A DNA stretch of 61,383 nt, the filler included, from Sphacelaria rigidula (taxonomy: Eukaryota), in the NCBI GenBank assembly GCA_964200075.2. It is 9 parts of 9 records of this genome, joined end to end, with 100 filler letters (N's around TTAATTAATTAA, not from the genome) between each part and the next. Parts side by side here need not be neighbours in the genome. Positions count along the whole stretch, not along the records: positions 34,160 to 40,890 come from CAXNAA020018368.1; positions 40,991 to 47,721 come from CAXNAA020018369.1; positions 47,822 to 54,552 come from CAXNAA020018370.1; 6 more parts are not named here. One strand, 5' to 3'. The notes beneath the pieces are model-generated. The model had not been told where the DNA came from and searched no databases. It worked only from the letters and a program-made list of their open reading frames with translations. How positions within the stretch are numbered: the stretch's first letter is position 1; the number at the start of each line of letters is the position of its first letter. Of the stretch, positions 39,575 through 52,526 are shown piece by piece. Made by a program: the position numbers and the translations under genes.

Positions 39575-39883
39575 TTAAGGTGGCTCAGTGTGATTAGCTC
39601 GACAATTGTGTAGGCAGGGATATGTACATCTCCACGCATGCTAGGGCCGAAGCTCATAAGAGTGCGGCGGCGCGTTCACTGCGCCACGTTGACGGGGTGT
39701 TCAAGTGGGTTCAACTCCCACACTGCCTTGAGCGAAGCCTGCGAACGCTCAAGGCGCCTACCCCACATGACTGCCGCGAGTCGGTTTAGCCGAGCCTCCG
39801 GGTAATTGGCACACGAACCCGTTCATTAGGTGAGTGTTGTGTAAGGTTCCCTCCTTTCTTCAGGGGAAGAAAAAAAATAAAAT
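39575..39883 (+). mobile_element. Possible SINE-like element
   Basis: A-box-like GTGGCTCAGTGTG (~39580), B-box-like GGTTCAACTCCC (~39708) and an A-rich end (~39870). Single copy here, and the box spacing is long. Confidence 0.3.
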
Positions 39884-40990
39884 CTCCGCCCGCGGCACTG
39901 TCAGATCAAGCAAAAGTCCAAGCTCTCTACCTCAGTGATGATTGTGCACCCCCACCAGACTCTATTTAGGCTACTTTATGGTGTCTGGAATCAATTATGA
40001 CAGAGCTCCGCAGCTACCATTTATGAAAGTGTCGCGCGAGGTATAATATTTTATCTCTCGCCGAGTCAAGTCGATCAATACCTCTTTCTCCCCGACTGAC
40101 CCCGTTCTTCAACTAAAATATATAGTGCTTTGATTGTTGAAACCACTTCTTACGGGAACGATTTTTCTCTTGTTCGCCGTCACTATGGTTAGGATTTTTT
40201 TCGTTTTTGCCGCGTCATACTCACTTACTTGTATGGGCCTAGTTTCTGCATTCGAAAGTTCCGATTTCCTGGAAATGCGTGGAGCCCACAATACCCCATC
40301 ACCCATCACCTTGCATCGATAAGCATAGACGCGGAAGAGCAGTCAGAGAAGCCGCGAATATCGTGCACTCACTGCAAGGATTCTGGCAAGGATGCCCCTG
40401 CTTTGAGCTGTTGGAGCAGTCGTGAGACGTCGCCTGGCAATTTTTCGTGTGCAGCATGAAGTCGAATGCAATGCTGCCGCAGCAAATAATAGGGTTGCAC
40501 TAATTATGGCACGGTTGAAACCGGTGTGCTGTCTGTAGGCATGTTGCCGCCGAAGCGGATTGCTGAAGCTCCGGAAGTGGTGGATGGATTCCAGTCTACA
40601 CAAGCCGTGTCTGTGTGTAGCTGTGCAAGAGCTAGGCTTGGAGCCATTATCGCCCGTGCGCTGAGAACATCTTGTGCGTGTCATTAGGCTGCGTGGGCAC
40701 AGCACAGGACCAGAGCCGCGACGGGTTTTTGCGCACCGCGACCGAGCATCTCCTTTCCTCCTCTTTTTTTTTTCTTTTTTATGGTGCCCGTTCTGTGCTG
40801 TTTTTTTTTTTTTCCTCACACTTTCAACCTCTCCCCTTACTCGGAATGCGTCCGTGGTCTCAAGGGATCAACCCCTCTCTCCCCCCGTACNNNNNNNNNN
40901 NNNNNNNNNNNNNNNNNNNNNNNNNNNNNNNNNNTTAATTAATTAANNNNNNNNNNNNNNNNNNNNNNNNNNNNNNNNNNNNNNNNNNNN

Positions 40991-43900
40991 TACGGACGAC
41001 TACTAAAGGCGAGGCCCACGGAGACGTCGAGTGCCGAATCAAACCGGCAGATAAGTACCCATCGAGAATTACCTGGATCTTATCCGCTAAGAGGGGGTTC
41101 GTACGGTACGGACGCATAGCGATAGGAGGAGTGCCATCAGGAATCTTGATCTTAAACGGTGTCGTGGTACATCGACCTAGATCCAAGGGTGCAGTAGAAA
41201 ACCGTTCAGAGTATCTAATCAAGATGGATCCCAATCTATCGATTACAGTGGGTGTCCAACCATCGCCAGATAGATCAAAAACAATATGCCGTAAGTGAGG
41301 GGGAATGTCATCCCACAACTTTTGAAAACTGGCGCGTTGTTCTGGAGAAAATCTATCCAGTAATGCAGTTGGGGGTTGAGGATCAGGCGCATCCGGTGGA
41401 TTTGTCACCACCGTGGGGTCAGGCATGTGTAGCGGAGGGGGGGGCGTGGATTTCGGGGGCTCGGTCGGCGAGTCGTTGTTCGCCGGAGGGCACACATCTG
41501 ACGGGGCGGTTCGTGTGAGAGGCGCTTGAGCATAATCCAACAACTGACCGTTGAGTATATCGAAACATGCAGGGGACGTGAGGTAAACGGTCTGCCTACC
41601 TTCGTGGACAAAGACTTCGGTCTGTTCAAACGGACCAACCTGTGCTTGGTCAGGTTTGAAAAATCCGACCAAATAATGTCCTGTGAGGGCGGGCGATCCA
41701 TTGCGTCTCACGAGGTTCACTTGGATAAGTTGGGGTTCACGAGAAAGCGAAACTACAGGTTCACCAACATAGTACAGACGGAAAGCATTACCTGTTTGCG
41801 TGGGGTCATCCTCATAAGCATGAGCTCCCGAATCAGTGTCGAAGTGACCCAGTGACAGTTTGCCTGTGACTGAACGGTTTGGGACAGGTGTGTCCGTCGT
41901 GTACGTGTGTGTGGAAAAACGACGCCAACTATCTCGACCCAACAAAACGTCAAAAGACATGGAACCGCCGGGCACTATTAGTGCTCATACGGACAACCGA
42001 GCAGTGGGAGTAGTATCCTGGTAGAATTGTACACTTAGTCTCACCGATTGATTGACCGTAAGAGGTGTGGAGGAATCAAACCCACCAAAAACACTAGGGC
42101 GCACGGTGGACAGGCAATGCTCGTCCGCCGCACCCGCGTTGATCATCTGTTGCCAGCAGCTGGCTGCAATGAACGTTTGAGGTGAACCAGAGTCTGGTAG
42201 TGCAAGAGCTATCAAATGACAGTTTTGCACGCGCTCCACTATGTAAACCTATCTTGGTAGTGAAAGAAGCATCATCCATAGTTGCAATACCACTGACGAG
42301 ATCGGGCCCGAATTCGGGAAAGACATCTGACACATCCTGCTTTGCGTTTTGAACGAAGGTGCTAAAATACACCCGTTGATGATCCTGTGGGACAAGCTTT
42401 TTGTCGGAAGGATGGTGCGTGCATGGAGTGTCAGTGTTTGTGCCAGGAATATTTTTCTCATCAGTCGAGGGTTGAAACTCATATACTGCAACGGAGGGGC
42501 GATGCCGAGGAAGGGCAGTTGTCGTGGTTGGACCCGACAACTGATCTGTGCGTGGTGTTTCACCCTTATTGGCCAACAGAGGGGGCGAATCGTCACTGTG
42601 CAAAGCGGGATCAATTATATTATCCAGCTTGGTCGGAGCAGAGGACGATTCATCGGGGCGCGGTGTTGAGTTTGATACGCCAATCATCTCAATGTCATCA
42701 CTAGTTGGGGCCAACATGGGAGGTTTTGGAGACGATTCATCAGGATGCAGGGTTGGCAAAGCTGTACTGTTCAACCCGGCGTCTATTCAAGGGACCAACG
42801 TGGGCGAGTCAGGAGACGAGTCGTCTTGCGTAACACTTTGTTTGCCTGGTGACGAACACACGATTGAGGCGCCTTCATGACGAGGATACGAACGTCCATG
42901 AGTCGGCGAAGTCTCTGTCCCTACAGACGGCATCGCTTCATCGGAAATGGGTTCTAACGCAGTGCACGCGGGGTGGTCAGGGAGCAGTAACGATCTGTTC
43001 GAAATCTGGGGAGTACCGGCCTGTTCCACTCTAGGGTTTTCATCTGTTTGAGCCCACACGCAATCTCTTCCTTGGAGTTCACGTGCGCTTGCTACATCAG
43101 GGTTATGTACATGATCATCTGGAGGAGCCCGCCTAGGGTGACGCGTATAGCGCACGAAAGGGTCGGCGGCTGCAGGAGCTATTGAAATGAGTTCTCGGAC
43201 AGTCGAACCTAGGTCACGCTCTTGGCGCACCACCTGAGTCGCTGTCACTCGGGGTTCCATTCCAATCCGCTGAGCGACGGAAAGCATGGGTTCTTTGCGG
43301 TTGCGACCCTTCAAGGAATATTTACACTCATCAAATAAAGGGAACCGGGTATCGTAGTTTTTGCGGAACTTGGTAGGGTGGTTAGCCGGGCACTTGAGCA
43401 GTTAGGGGGTGCTTGAGTGTGTGGCTTTGAATTTTGTGTTCTCCGATGAACGGTCAGAGCAGCAGTGTCTATCGTACCAGAAGATATTTCGGCTCCTGAT
43501 GCGTGAGAACTGCACTACATGACTTCCTCTCCTTCGAAGGGAGGGGATTCGATTGAATATGATTAGTACCTGGTGAATGTAAAACTGGGTGATCAAACCC
43601 AGGATTAAAACGTTGGATTCGGTCACTGTTCAATTGATAGCCATGCAACGGTGCACGGGCTTCGACTGTCTTGGAACTCTTCAAGGTAGTGTCAGCATAT
43701 CCAGGGAACCCACACCACATGGTTGAACCCGCGGTGACCGCCGTTGATTCACGTGTGTGATGTTTGTGACCTGGCCGAGCGAAAACAAAAGGTTGACATA
43801 AAATTGTTAGAAATTTCTGCAGTGAATTACCGGCCATTGTTTATTTCTGATCGTGAGATTGTACCGACTGATGAGAAATGAACTACAGAAGTAGAAAATA

Positions 43901-44500
43901 AACAGGCAGGTGGCGGCGCTTAGGTTTTGGGCTAAGCAACGCGTCCTGAGTTACTCCGCTGGATGCTACTTGGAATCTCCGGAACTTGTAGAACGTTCCC
44001 AGAAGGTTGTCAAGTTGTGAGGTGAGCGTCAGTGTTGTGTGGGTACCGCCCTGGTGGGGTGCGGAGGTCATCGTCAGGAAAGGTTTTCGTAGCATTAGGG
44101 CTCACGTGGAGAGATGTCATCTGAGAATGAAGAGTGGGAACACCGTCAGCGGTTTGAGTGGCTGGTTGGTGTACAGGGGAGTGGGCACCAACGGGGTTAG
44201 GGTAAGCATGCGGAGGAGGATTGTCTCCATCCGCAATCACGTCCCTGAAAATACGTCCTGCAACAACGCCATCATCAACATCAAAACGTTCCGGTTCGTT
44301 GTTGCCAACCGTCTCACTACGCATGATTTGGGTTGACTGTACGGTTGTTTTACCATTGTCTGTAGGGAGCGCACCGTCCTTCGTGACATCGTGCTCCGAT
44401 GAAGTCGAAGGGCGGTTGATATCAGACATGGCTTGTACATTTGCGCAAATGAGCCAGACGGGTAACGTAGAGATGCGGGGGTTGAGAAGTCTACGTTTCG
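40991..44500 (-). mobile_element. Degenerate Ty3/gypsy gag-pol (protease and start of RT)
   Basis: The protease motifs ALPDSGSPQTFI and DVLLGRDSW are separated by one in-frame TGA (41985-41987). RT entry reads PIAMRPYR..IRHSTSPWASPLVVV at the contig end. Broken upstream ORFs in other frames are the presumed gag. The upstream limit is approximate. Confidence 0.88.
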
Positions 44501-46836
44501 TCGTGGGAGACAGCATAGTTGTTGAGGACTGAGGTGGAGTGAACCAAAATAAGGAATAGAATGGCAGGGTACTGTCGACAGTTTTCCATCGACATGTAGG
44601 TCCGCGCACTCCACACATGTAGCGGTCTATCACCTTTTCAATCAGGTGCAGACGAAAGGAAACAAAAATATGTCGAAGGCACACAACAAACCGCATGTGT
44701 GTGTGTTGGTGAACAAAGTGCAGCAGCACAGGGACAAGAAGAAAACGAAGGTTGTCACAATCAACAGACATACAGTGACTGTCACCAGCGAAATAGTGCA
44801 TTGGACAAGCCTGCATGCCATGAAGGGATAAACATGTGGGATGCAGCGAACAGCAACGTCAAACCGCTCAGTTCTGTTTTGAGAACATGTCGAGGTTGAG
44901 AAAAAAACAACTGTCGGATGCCGTATGTCCAGAGGCAATATCAGCGCAGCTGGCGAAACTCATAACAGCACCGTCTAGTTCGCTGAAAATAGCCGAGTTG
45001 GGGTATTGGTGACGTACACCGTACAGGTGAGACAATTAGAAGATGGACACGTACGACCGCAATATAGATATGTAGTGCAGTACAAACAGCAACGCACAAA
45101 GTACCGGACATTAAATGCTGGGTGGCAGAGTACAGTACGTATGATCTTCGCGTGGTGCAGCGGAGGGTCGGGTCAATGGTACAGGACCAATGTCAATTCG
45201 TTCGTATCACACGAAGAACACCCGACACAACGCAATACCCGTGCCGATCATATCCACAATGTAATATACATTTCTTTGTTCAGATAGTGCAGCAGTACCA
45301 CGTGAGCTACAGTACGGCACCTCACCGTCCGCAACATAATGCCTGCCGAGACCATTTGTAATTCAGACGGTGCTGTACTGGCGTCAGTACAATAATTCAA
45401 CGCGAAAGGTACGCGGCCTACTGGACGATCAAGTGTGTACTGTAGTGCGTGTTGGTGGGGCGACAATCAAACTGTCGTGTTCCCTGGTGCCGTGTAAAAG
45501 TGAAAGGAGTACAGAGTCGAGAGCTTGTGTACAAGTAACATGAGCCTCGCGCCTCGCCGTGTTCAATCATGCTCGTGTACAGACAACATTCTCAATCCTA
45601 GTCCATCATGCACATCGATATAGTTCGGTGCGCATGGTGGCTCAACGTTCCGTGTTTGAAAGAAAAACCGTCTGTGCAGCGGGCGGCGATTGAAATAGCC
45701 CGCGTACTCCTTACCTGAAAGCATGAATCGGCGTGTGTTGGGACACATATCGGTCGATTCGGTTGATACAGGATCCACGGACTGTGAGCACGGGCGGTCG
45801 TGGGGCGCTTGGGGGGTGTTTGGTTGTGTAGCAAAAGAGGTCTTGCGTGTGCGCTCGTCCCTGAAGCGCCTTGTGGCTCGGTTGCCATTGCCTGAAACCA
45901 ACGTGGGTACTGTATGACACATCGAAGACCTGAAGCTAGACCCGAGTCGGAGGGTTCGTCAAATCGAAGTGGTGAAGGAGGCAGCTGCCTTTGAAAAAAA
46001 ATCAGCTGATCACTCGATGAACGGTGTATACAAAATCAAGTAAAAATCAAAGACCGAAAATACAGGACTTGAAAAAACAAACGAAAGCTTGTGCTTGGCT
46101 GATGCGTGCACAGCAGCCGACGAGAGAGAAAACCGTACAGCTTGACATAACAAGCTACCTCTGAAGCCCCATGAATGCTACGGTATTCAGTAGCAGAGTA
46201 AGTCGCACCCTACCAGAGAAGGGAGGGTGACCAGCCCGTCCTCTGATCAACTCGTTTTTATCAAACTGGGGGTTCTTTCTTTTTCAATCAACAAGGTCTT
46301 TGGGGAAATCACACAGCCCAAGCCAGATTACAACTAACAATTGTGGATGAGGTTAAAAGTACAGCACAGCTTATAGACTCACGTCAAGGCTATGGGCTCG
46401 CGACCGTGGAGGCGGAGAGACCGAAGGTGGTAGGTGATGGGTAAAAAGCTCTTCTTTATCCAATAGGTGCCTGTAGGCCGGTCGGTGTGTCGAGTGAACT
46501 CGGCAGGTGGGGTACAACAGCTGAGGAAAGCTATTCTGTCAGTACGCCCTCCTGCCCCGCTTACAACCTTGTCATGATACAAAATCACCGTGACGCGCCG
46601 TGCCTTTAGCCAATCAGAGCTGTAGTAGCAGCAGGTACACGCGGCTAATCGGGTACAATCTTGTACCCAGCTTCAAGCAGCTGCATCAACGAATAAAAAC
46701 AACCCAACTCCTGCCTTATACAAACACACATTCGACTAGAATCTTTCCATACCCGCCGGTCGTTTCTTGGGACCATTTTCAAATCCCAAAGAACTAGTTT
46801 CATTCAGGCACTCAGTCATTTACCATCACAATTCTT

Positions 46837-47600
46837 GGTGTGGACCTCGCCTGGAGCACGGGGAGACGATAGATACACTCTCCTTCACGTAAGTCCTAAC
46901 CTATCTCGAGACATGGCGCACACAAGGTTCCACACTAAGATCATTGTATTACGAGCAGAGGCAATAGATGCCCGGAATCTGGATGTCGCGTCTCAGTTTT
47001 TGAGAGTTGTGCGGTGAAAGTTGGTATGAAGAACCACTACTGCATTATGAAATTCTGAAAAACAGCTTTTTTCACGTTTTTTCTTTTTTTCTTTTTTTTT
47101 CGTGCTTTTAGGGGAGTTTTGAGGAGAGATGAACATTGCTCTCGAACCACATCTTAATTTTGAAGTTCGATTTTTGACATTTTGATTCGAAACTTAGCAT
47201 GGAGAACGACAGAGGTATGCTGAATAAAACAAAAAGTGGGCCTTCATTTTTTTTCAAGGGGGGAAAGGTTCGGGCGTTCTCGTAAAAAAATAGTCGTTAC
47301 CCATACTAAAACGACCATAACCAGCGAAAAAGAAGAAGTGATCCATTTTTCTTGGTTCATCATGATCTAGCAAGGTCTCGCACAAAGGTTTCAATACACA
47401 AACACCAAACGTGGGCCGATAAACGGCCTGCGAAAAAGTGGTCCGATTTTTCGCCGGCCCGGTTTCCAAAAGACGAATTCACAATATTTTATTCAGAGTT
47501 GAACAGTGAAATTTGGTGTGGACAATTACCAGGGCACGAAGAAAAGCTGTCTGCGGGGTCCCGAAGTTTTTTCGTTTTTTTTTCATGAGTTAAGGGCAAT
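46837..47600. mobile_element. Internal fragment of the mariner-like MITE family
   Basis: GTGTGGACCTCGCCTGGAGCACGGGGAGACGATAGATAC... is colinear with 16870-17630. Confidence 0.7.
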
Positions 47601-48365
47601 CATCAGTCTTGATTTTTGAGTTAAATATTGCAAATTTCGCTGCAAACTACAAATAACAGTGTTTTCGTGACATTGAGAGTAGATGATACGATTGAGAGTG
47701 AAAAGCGGTCAATCAGTGAATNNNNNNNNNNNNNNNNNNNNNNNNNNNNNNNNNNNNNNNNNNNNTTAATTAATTAANNNNNNNNNNNNNNNNNNNNNNN
47801 NNNNNNNNNNNNNNNNNNNNNGGGGCTCCGCCCCAAAAGGGGTGCGTGGTCAATGGTCAAACAACAAAAACAAACAACAAAACCCCCCCCCCCCCCCCCC
47901 CATCCCCAATATTGTGTCATCACACCTAGGAGTATTCTTCATAAATCTTCGACGACAAGGAGATTATAAAGGGGAGAGTAATAGTAGTATTACTATGTGC
48001 TGGATGCTTCGCCCCCTTCAAAACACAGAGTATGTCATCCACGAGTCGCGCCCACACCGGGGTGGTGAAACCTTCCACGCGCAACTTACGACTCCTTCGC
48101 CTGTACATTGAATTGTTTTCACTCAACACCTGGTGCCGAGATGAGTTGCATGGGGTTTAATTTTGCTCTGCATATGCTGTGTTTTTGCTGCGATTGCACA
48201 GATATCAATAAACAGTGCCCATGCGTGTCCACCGTCAGCGTTGTCTGACGCCTGCATGTGCTGTTCTAAGAAGATCCTGCCGTAAAACTCCCGAGATGCT
48301 CCACAGTCAAACCGATCACGGAGAACAAACTAAACGGAATTGGTCTGTCTTTGTTTTCTCAACAG

Positions 48366-51300
48366 GTAACTGCATCGTCACGCCTCCGACGCAAGCTGCC
48401 GTAATCTCCGGACCCAGAACATCCCGCGTGGTCATCGGAGAGTGTGCTTTTCAGAAGGGGTGCATCGGTGAGTACTCAGTCGGTAGCGCGCGATTACTCC
48501 CTCGAGATGCCCCATCTTGATCCATGACCCTTGTAGACTTGTAGGCTTTGGAGAAGGACCAAGTAGGAAAGGGCACGTGCTTACAATTTTGCGCTCCAAC
48601 ATTTTCGATATCCGTATGAATTTACCGTAGTCACAGGGGCCTTGCACGAGTTCTGCTGTGACTTCACCGACTTCCTCAACCACGATACCGCGACTTAGAC
48701 TCTCTTCTCGCTGATTGATTTATTGTCGCAAATTCACTAGCCGCCCAAGGATTTAGCCATGGTCACACAGTACACGTTTCCAAGGCAGGGTGCAACAAAC
48801 AAGGAAACATTCGGTAAACCAAACTCGAGAGAGGGGGCAGTATTCCCCGCTGGTGTCAAACGTAAACTGTGGCACTCACGCGTTTTATCGCAATTTCGTA
48901 CGGAAATGTACCGATTAGAACGTGAGAATGTACAGCAAAAGTGGGACTGTGGGCAACGTACCCGTCCATACGTTAGTACACCGTGCTTGTGGTTTAAGGT
49001 TATCTTGTTAACGGTCCTTCCCGCGCCCCCCCGCGCTGCAGTAGTACACCAGGCAACACGGTTGGGGGGGGGGGGGGGGGGGGGTGAGGGTACCGCTCGT
49101 CTTGTTCTGTGGGAGTACCGTTTCGCCCTTCCGCCCCCCTCCTCGCGCCCGGGGAGAGGGNNNNNNNNNNGTACTCATTTGTTGCTTGCCTTAGTCGTTT
49201 GACCATTGACCACACATCCCTTTCGAGACGGAGCAGGAGGGGGGGGGTTCTCATGTGTCGCTTTCCTTTCTACGTCTAATGGAGACACCTCAACCATTTC
49301 GGTGCTAATGACGTTTCTTCGATACATTACACAAAATCTTCGACATGCGTATCCCGTCCTGCTTCACCTTCTGTGGCCACCATCTATCTCCTAGTAGCCA
49401 TCAATCTGTCCCTACTAGGCACCACAGGCGGGTGGTTGAAGTAAAGAATCGCAGGATTTGGGGCACATGATCCTCGGGTGATGCATTCGAAAGACCTGAA
49501 ACCTCGCACGGTTGATTGCCGCACTTGAACTGACCACTCAGGGATCGACCCGTGGTCACATGATACACGTACCCGATGTAGTGCGTGAGAGGACCGCTTG
49601 CTTAGAGGACCGCATCGTAGTTCGAAACACCTCAGGGTCGACGTTTTTCAAACCCAACCGGGCCAATCCCTGCAGGGACCACGCCCCTGACCCCAACCCC
49701 GACACTAATCCTAACCCTGGCTCCCAACCCCAACCATAGGGGTGTTTCAATTCCGATGCGGTTCCCTACTAAGCACGCGGTCCTCTCACGCATTACACCC
49801 GAGACAAAAGCGAAAATGAAACGCTATCTGAAGAATAAAAAAAGATGCAAACAGAATATGTAGAACAGAACAACAGAGTAGACAACGAAAAAACAAAGAT
49901 ACAACAGAAAAAACGAAAAAGAAAAAGTAGAAATCGCCGGCCTCTGCCGCATAGATTCGGTGAAAAGGCCTTGCGCAGAATCGCCCTTTCACCCAGTCGT
50001 GGAAAACAAACAGTCTTGGAAGAAGGTTTCGGTTCATCTACTACGGTAGCACTATTTTGCGTATGAAGCCTCTCATCCATGGACCCTACGGAAGCGAGGC
50101 AACAAAGTGCTCTGCCATACAACGGCAGAAAAGAAAACTTATACAGAGAGAAAATATGGGGAAGGGATAACAGAGGAGAAGAGACTACAGAAGAAGTTGC
50201 GGAGCCCAAACAATTCAGGGTCGCAGAGCAGATGCAGACACCTATCAGGGGGCACGATATACCGCATTCCACGGTACTAGAGCGTTTGCGCACGCATGGG
50301 AGTATGTCGTATTTGTTACATAAGCTCGTAGTGTACTCTCTATCGCAGACCTCAATGTGCCAACATCATCGTCTCCGACACACCAACGTTGTTCTTGGAG
50401 TGTGGAAGATCGAGAGTAGAGACACCTAGGGTACGCGGGATCGGGAATGAACCGTGTATAGTCAGCATGGCCTAGATGGGTAAATCGCATCGGACGGAGA
50501 ATCGCAGTATCAGGCGAAACTTGATCAACGTCAGCAACTAAAAATAATCCGTTCATGCACTATGTAATGCGCGAGAGGACCGCGTGCTTAGAGGACCGCA
50601 CCGTAGTTCAAAACACCCAATCAGGATCGACGTTTTTCGAAACCAATCGGACCAGTGCCTACACCACGCCCCTAACCCTAACCCTACTACTAACCCTAAC
50701 CCTAACCCTCACCATAGGGATGTTCAAATTCCGATGCGGTCCTCTGAGCACGCAGTCCTCTCACGCATTACACACTAGACGCACAAGGGTTTCTTCCCTC
50801 AAGTGCAAAAGTCGGAAGGAGGTATGCAGCAGCTTCCAGTGAAAAAGCAGAAGTGCAAAAGCAGGAAGCATATATTACTCGGTAGGACTTTGGATCCCGC
50901 GGACGAAGTTCTGTAATCCCTGCACGCCTTGATGTTAGCTCATCCCGAACCGCACCCGAATATTTCCCTGGTAACGTGCTCATCGGGTGCGAGGTGGAAC
51001 AGTTGGTCACGCAATCAGGCCACAATCAGCGTACGCACGGTAGTACAACACGGTGTAGGACCTTCAGAGTACGCCCTTCATTATGCTATAATAGAGGGCG
51101 TGAGAGCCATGCCACGACAGGGGGTGGGCATGTGTATGATTCCACGAAAACATGTGCTCATAGATGCGTCAAATGGCCTCAAACACTCGCGGTGCGCTTG
51201 TATTTGGGTGAACGGGGTGTAAAGCAGTATGGAGGAGCGTTAATTTTTTCGGGAGCAAGTGCGTTCGAACAACTATTATCTGCTTTCAACGGCGGCTGAA

Positions 51301-52526
51301 GTGGAATTTCGTCGAAGAAAACGGCTCGGAATCCCCTCCTCTCCTATCGTAGCATTTCTCGTGATTCGTCCGACACCGACCGGAAGGTAGCATCCGGTGA
51401 TCCAACGGAAGGGCAGGTGGTAGTAGGGTATTTGCGGAATACGTATGTGCAACTTTTTGGGGCTCAGGGGCTGTATCTTAGGCTGCGGTAATCGGCGCAG
51501 TCTCCGAGTGACGTTTAGCCCGGACGAAGGAGCCAACGCGGGGGGCGTACTCATTTGCTGCTTGCCGTAGCCGTGTGACCATTGACCACGCATCCCTTTC
51601 GAGGTGGAGCATTGGGGGGTGGCAGTGAACGGTTGCTCATGTGGAGTAACGGTAGAGTGGTAACTTTTGTGGGGGCAAAAGCGCTACAGAAGGAACAGGA
51701 AAAAGAGAGAATAAAGGTGGAAGTGATTGAAAGTATCGACGTTGAAGCACAGAAAGCACGATGTATTCGTATGTTAAATCGGATTGGCCTCCAGAAGGTT
51801 GGCTGCTCCCCGGCTAAGGTAATTAACGGGCAGAGAAATCCATTGACCGTCGACAGAGTCAAGAAGTAGGCCAGGACGTCCATGCGAGTGAAGCACATCA
51901 CCACACAAGATATTCCAGCACGAAAGATGCGTAACGTACGAGGCGGAATATATCGATTGGGTGTATATCCATCTCCTGATTTTTAATTTTGCGCTGAAAA
52001 GGCATAGCACTAGCTGCACATGCGATGAATAACGCATTGCAGGCTGTCATCCAAATGCAAGATTATCAGTACGCTTCGCGCCGAAAAATCTTAGCAGGGT
52101 GCAGCTCATCCTTCATGCGACTCGCAAAACACGTGGAGGCCCTTCACGCTTGGTGATTGCTTGCGAGCGTGGCCCGTCGAAAACCCGGCCTGCTCCATCC
52201 CGGCTTTGAAGGGATGCGAGGTCAATGGTCTTGCGACCACGGCATGCAATACCATGAGTACACCCCCCTATTTCTCCCTCCGCCCATTACTCTCCGCTCC
52301 TCACGTCTCCCGGCCGACCCGTCCCTGCCCGTTCTCAGAGAGTGTGGAGTACCTGAGCCTGGAAGTGATCACGCTTTATGTTGAGAGCTCGAATGCCGAA
52401 ACCGTCGGAGGCGTACGCGTGACGGTGATGTCCACATGCCAGGTCAAGGTGGACGCCTTCTCGCCCGATGGGAAGGAAAAGAACCTCGCATCCGTGACGC
52501 TAGCCTGCCAGCACTTCTTGGGGAAG
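48366..52526 (+). CDS. Flotillin/reggie (SPFH domain) N-terminal exons 48366-48467 and 52339-52526, partial
   Basis: The phase-1 join gives GNCIVTPPTQAAVISGPRTSRVVIGECAFQKGCI|ESVEYLSLEVITLYVESSNAETVGGVRVTVMSTCQVKV..LACQHFLGK. This resembles flotillin MGNC..ALVVSG..SLE..TL..ET..GV..V..AQVK..AC.QFLGK. The start exon was not found. Confidence 0.9.
49577..49797 (+). mobile_element. Telomeric-repeat-carrying MITE, copy E (flotillin intron)
   Basis: TGTAGTGCGTGAGAGGACC ... GGTCCTCTCACGCATTACA with a perfect TSD CCCGA. Confidence 0.92.
50563..50772 (+). mobile_element. Telomeric-repeat-carrying MITE, copy F (flotillin intron)
   Basis: TGTAATGCGCGAGAGGACC ... GTCCTCTCACGCATTACA with a perfect TSD CACTA and an internal CCCTAA array. 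Confidence 0.92.
52035..52268 (+). repeat. Long copy of the poly-C-tail family
   Basis: Ends GGTCAATGGTC...CATGAGTACACCCCCC. Homologous to the 28200-28680 copies. Confidence 0.8.

Noticed and set aside
873..52526. Kinase, mucin, CMSS1 and flotillin as a functional gene cluster
   Set aside because: Each lies on a different, artificially joined contig.
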